NCBI GenBank assembly: GCA_038064575.1
Contig: JBBTST010000012.1
Coordinates: forward strand, 32 to 64,031
Source: Patescibacteria group bacterium
GTDB lineage: Bacteria; Patescibacteriota; WWE3; UBA101185; 2-01-FULL-41-18
DNA length: 64,000 nucleotides
Direction: 5' to 3'
Position 1 is the stretch's first letter; the number at the start of each line of letters is the position of its first letter. Both the position numbers and the translations under genes were made by a program. The notes under the pieces were generated by a model. It worked only from the letters and a program-made list of their open reading frames with translations, did no database searches and was not told the origin of the DNA. Shown here one piece after another: positions 61,445 to 64,000 of the stretch.

Positions 61445-62785
61445 CTAGTTAATTCCCGGCACGGGAAACTTTTTGCAAAGGTTAGTAACATCCTTCTCAA
61501 TTGCTTTAAGATTATTGTTCTTTTCAATATTTTTCCTAAACTCTTTTAAGAATTTAATTCTTTCTTCTTTTTCAAGCGGAAGCCTGGAACTTGAAACTTC
61601 CCCAGCACAGGCAACAAGCCACTCGGCAATTTTTTCCATCTCACGCTCCTTCATACCTCTTGAAGTTAAAGCCGGAGAACCCAATCTAATTCCAGAAGGA
61701 TAAAATGGGGAGAAGGGCTCTCCTGGAATTGTGTTTTTATTTACGGTAATTCCAGCAACTCCTAAAGCATCTTGTACCAAAATTCCGGAACCTGCTCCAT
61801 TTGACTTAACAAGGTTTAGTAAGATCAAATGGTTTTCAGTTCCTCCACCAACCAGATTTAAACCGTGCCTTTTAAGAATTTTTGCAAGCACTTTGGCATT
61901 TTTCACAATCTGAACTGTATATTTTTGGAAGGAGGCAGAAGATGCTTCTTTTAGCGCTACTGCAATTCCGGCAATAATATGGTTGTGAGGACCTCCCTGG
62001 AGACCTGGAAATACGGCTTTGTCAATTTTATGTCCTAGCTCAGCATCTTTTTTGAGCCCTTTGTTTGTAACCAGTATCATAGCGCCCTTTGGGCCTCTTA
62101 ACGTCTTATGAGTTGTAGTTGTAATAATATGAACATAAGGAGCTGGGGTTTTGTGAACACCGCCAACAATAAGACCGGCAACATGTGCAATGTCTGCTGC
62201 CAAATAAGCTCCTGATGTGTCTGCAAGCTTGGCAAAAAGCTCAAATTCAAGCTCTCTAACATATGCTGAACCTCCAATCCAAATAAGTTTTGGTTTATGT
62301 TCCAAAATGAGTCGCCTAACCTCTGCAAAATCAACAATGCCTTCGGGACCAACATGATAAGCAATACTTTTATAATAATGGCTGCTGAAACTTGCCTTTG
62401 CCCCGTGCGTTAAGTGCCCTCCATCATACAAGTTAAGCCCCATCATTGTATCACCGGGATTCAAGACAGCCATTGCAACAGCCTGGTTTGCAGGACTTCC
62501 GGAGTAAGGTTGTACATTGGCATAAGGAGCTTTAAATAGCTTCTTTGCCCTCTCACAGGCAAGGGTTTCTATTTCATCAACAAAAGTATTTCCTCCATAG
62601 TATCTTTTGTTTGGATAACCTTCCGAATATTTATTGGTTAAAATAGAACCCATTGCTTCAAGAACCGCTTCGCTCACATAATTTTCTGCAGGAATCATTT
62701 CAAGTCCTTCAATTTGCCTTTTGATTTCTTTTTCCAAAGATTTATAGATTAAGGGGTCTTGTTTCTTAAGTGTTTTATAATTCAT
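61445..62785 (-). CDS. glyA: Serine hydroxymethyltransferase
   Basis: NKYSEGYP, GGHLTHG, TTTHKTLRGP, QGGP. Confidence 0.97.
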   Translation of the reverse strand: MNYKTLKKQDPLIYKSLEKEIKRQIEGLEMIPAENYVSEAVLEAMGSILTNKYSEGYPNKRYYGGNTFVDEIETLACERAKKLFKAPYANVQPYSGSPANQAVAMAVLNPGDTMMGLNLYDGGHLTHGAKASFSSHYYKSIAYHVGPEGIVDFAEVRRLILEHKPKLIWIGGSAYVRELEFELFAKLADTSGAYLAADIAHVAGLIVGGVHKTPAPYVHIITTTTHKTLRGPKGAMILVTNKGLKKDAELGHKIDKAVFPGLQGGPHNHIIAGIAVALKEASSASFQKYTVQIVKNAKVLAKILKRHGLNLVGGGTENHLILLNLVKSNGAGSGILVQDALGVAGITVNKNTIPGEPFSPFYPSGIRLGSPALTSRGMKEREMEKIAEWLVACAGEVSSSRLPLEKEERIKFLKEFRKNIEKNNNLKAIEKDVTNLCKKFPVPGIN

Positions 62786-62930
62786 TGCTAAGAGGACAGA
62801 TTTATACTCATATTACCCTATATAAAAGGGAATATCAATAGAAACAACAGAGTGATAAAGTTTTTAATATAGAAAGATTATAGGTTAGAAGTTACTTTAC
62901 TTAACCTTCACCAAAAGCTAATATACAGCC

Positions 62931-64000
62931 ATGTCTGAGATAAACTATAAAACAAAAGTGCAAAAAAAACAGATGTACAAAAACCGAGGACAAAAGCTTA
63001 TAAGCTTTAGGGACATTCAGGCATTATCAGAAAAATTAAAGAAAGAAGGGAAAAATATTGTCTTCACACTGGGGTCTTTTGATTTACTAAATCCCGGTCA
63101 CTGCAGATATTTGGCGGAAGCAAAGGCACAGGGAGACATTCTGGTTGTAGGGGTGTCAAGCGATGCTTCCCTAAAACGGACTAAAGGTGAGGATTTTTCA
63201 CTGGTAAATGAAGAAGTAAGAGCTGAACTTATTAGCCAATTAAGAATCGCTGACTATGTGACAATAGTAGATGAGGATAGACCTCATGCTTTATTAATCC
63301 TTTTGAAACCAGACGTTTACTTTACATCTCAAGGGGCTTGGGACGATGGGACCAGAGACAAATATGAAGAGATTTTAGTTAAATCTTATGGCGGAATTAT
63401 AATCAAAAGAGAAAGACATAAACCTTACTTTGGCACAAATTCTCTGGCGGAACATATAGCCAATATACGGGTAATACAAACCCTTGAATCCTATCTTAAA
63501 GATAAGATTGACGGGTTTATACTAGATCCGCTGAAACACTTAAAACCTGCAGATTTTGGAAAACAAATACCCGTAGGAAGAAATGCGTTTAACCCAAGAA
63601 AACGTGTATTAAAGTTCAACAAACTTGCGTATTTTAGAGAAGCTATGAAGAAAAAAGGGTTGACTGTTTCTTTTGTTGCCGGTTCCTTTGACCTTTTGCA
63701 TGTGGGTCACGCCAGATTTATTGAACAAGCGGGACTTCATGCGGATGTGTTAGTGGTTGGACTTCCCTCTGACACTTCATTAAGATTACTTAAGGGTATA
63801 GGAAGACCGGTCATTAATGAGTATGCAAGAGCTTATGTTCTTGGACATCTGGAAGTTGTTGATCATGTTGTTATTTTTAATGATAAAACAATATATTCCA
63901 CGCTTGAGTCTCTAAAACCGGATGTATTCTTTACAGTTGAGGAATCATGGAATAACTTTAAAGAAAGTAAAGAATTCAAGTTTGTAAAAAGTTATGGAGG
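62931..64000 (+). CDS. Tandem-domain cytidylyl/adenylyltransferase-family protein (RfaE domain II-like), truncated by window end
   Basis: Own translation from ATG 62931: GSFDLLNPGH...LVVGVSSD and a second GSFDLLHVGH...LVVGLPSD. Confidence 0.85.
   Translation, partial: MSEINYKTKVQKKQMYKNRGQKLISFRDIQALSEKLKKEGKNIVFTLGSFDLLNPGHCRYLAEAKAQGDILVVGVSSDASLKRTKGEDFSLVNEEVRAELISQLRIADYVTIVDEDRPHALLILLKPDVYFTSQGAWDDGTRDKYEEILVKSYGGIIIKRERHKPYFGTNSLAEHIANIRVIQTLESYLKDKIDGFILDPLKHLKPADFGKQIPVGRNAFNPRKRVLKFNKLAYFREAMKKKGLTVSFVAGSFDLLHVGHARFIEQAGLHADVLVVGLPSDTSLRLLKGIGRPVINEYARAYVLGHLEVVDHVVIFNDKTIYSTLESLKPDVFFTVEESWNNFKESKEFKFVKSYG

Overview
Chromosomal window from a low-GC, reduced-genome bacterium, most likely Patescibacteria/CPR (WWE3/Microgenomates-like). 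The placement is inferred from the divergent, compact 16S rRNA, ATP-dependent DNA ligase, split transketolase and DsbA/VKOR pair. It holds a disrupted rRNA locus: 16S and 23S lie about 4.7 kb apart, with three protein genes and an inverted tRNA-Ile between them. There are five tRNAs, including every reader of the AUN codon box, plus DNA-repair genes, a pentose-phosphate/aldolase operon, thiol-redox genes, ftsH/trpS/xer, a SUF Fe-S cluster, a MacAB-like exporter and folD/glyA. Best novelty candidates: (1) a roughly 470-nt hairpin-dense intergenic element at 55408-55882 with its own predicted promoter, operator-like palindrome and terminator, lacking the signatures of the usual large RNAs; (2) an unusual translation apparatus, with tRNA-Ile(UAU), a non-canonical initiator tRNA, 16S changes at highly conserved positions, loss of helix 17, and many apparently leaderless genes; (3) an unannotated 35-aa amphipathic peptide gene. 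All calls are by eye from sequence motifs; no searches or folding programs were run.
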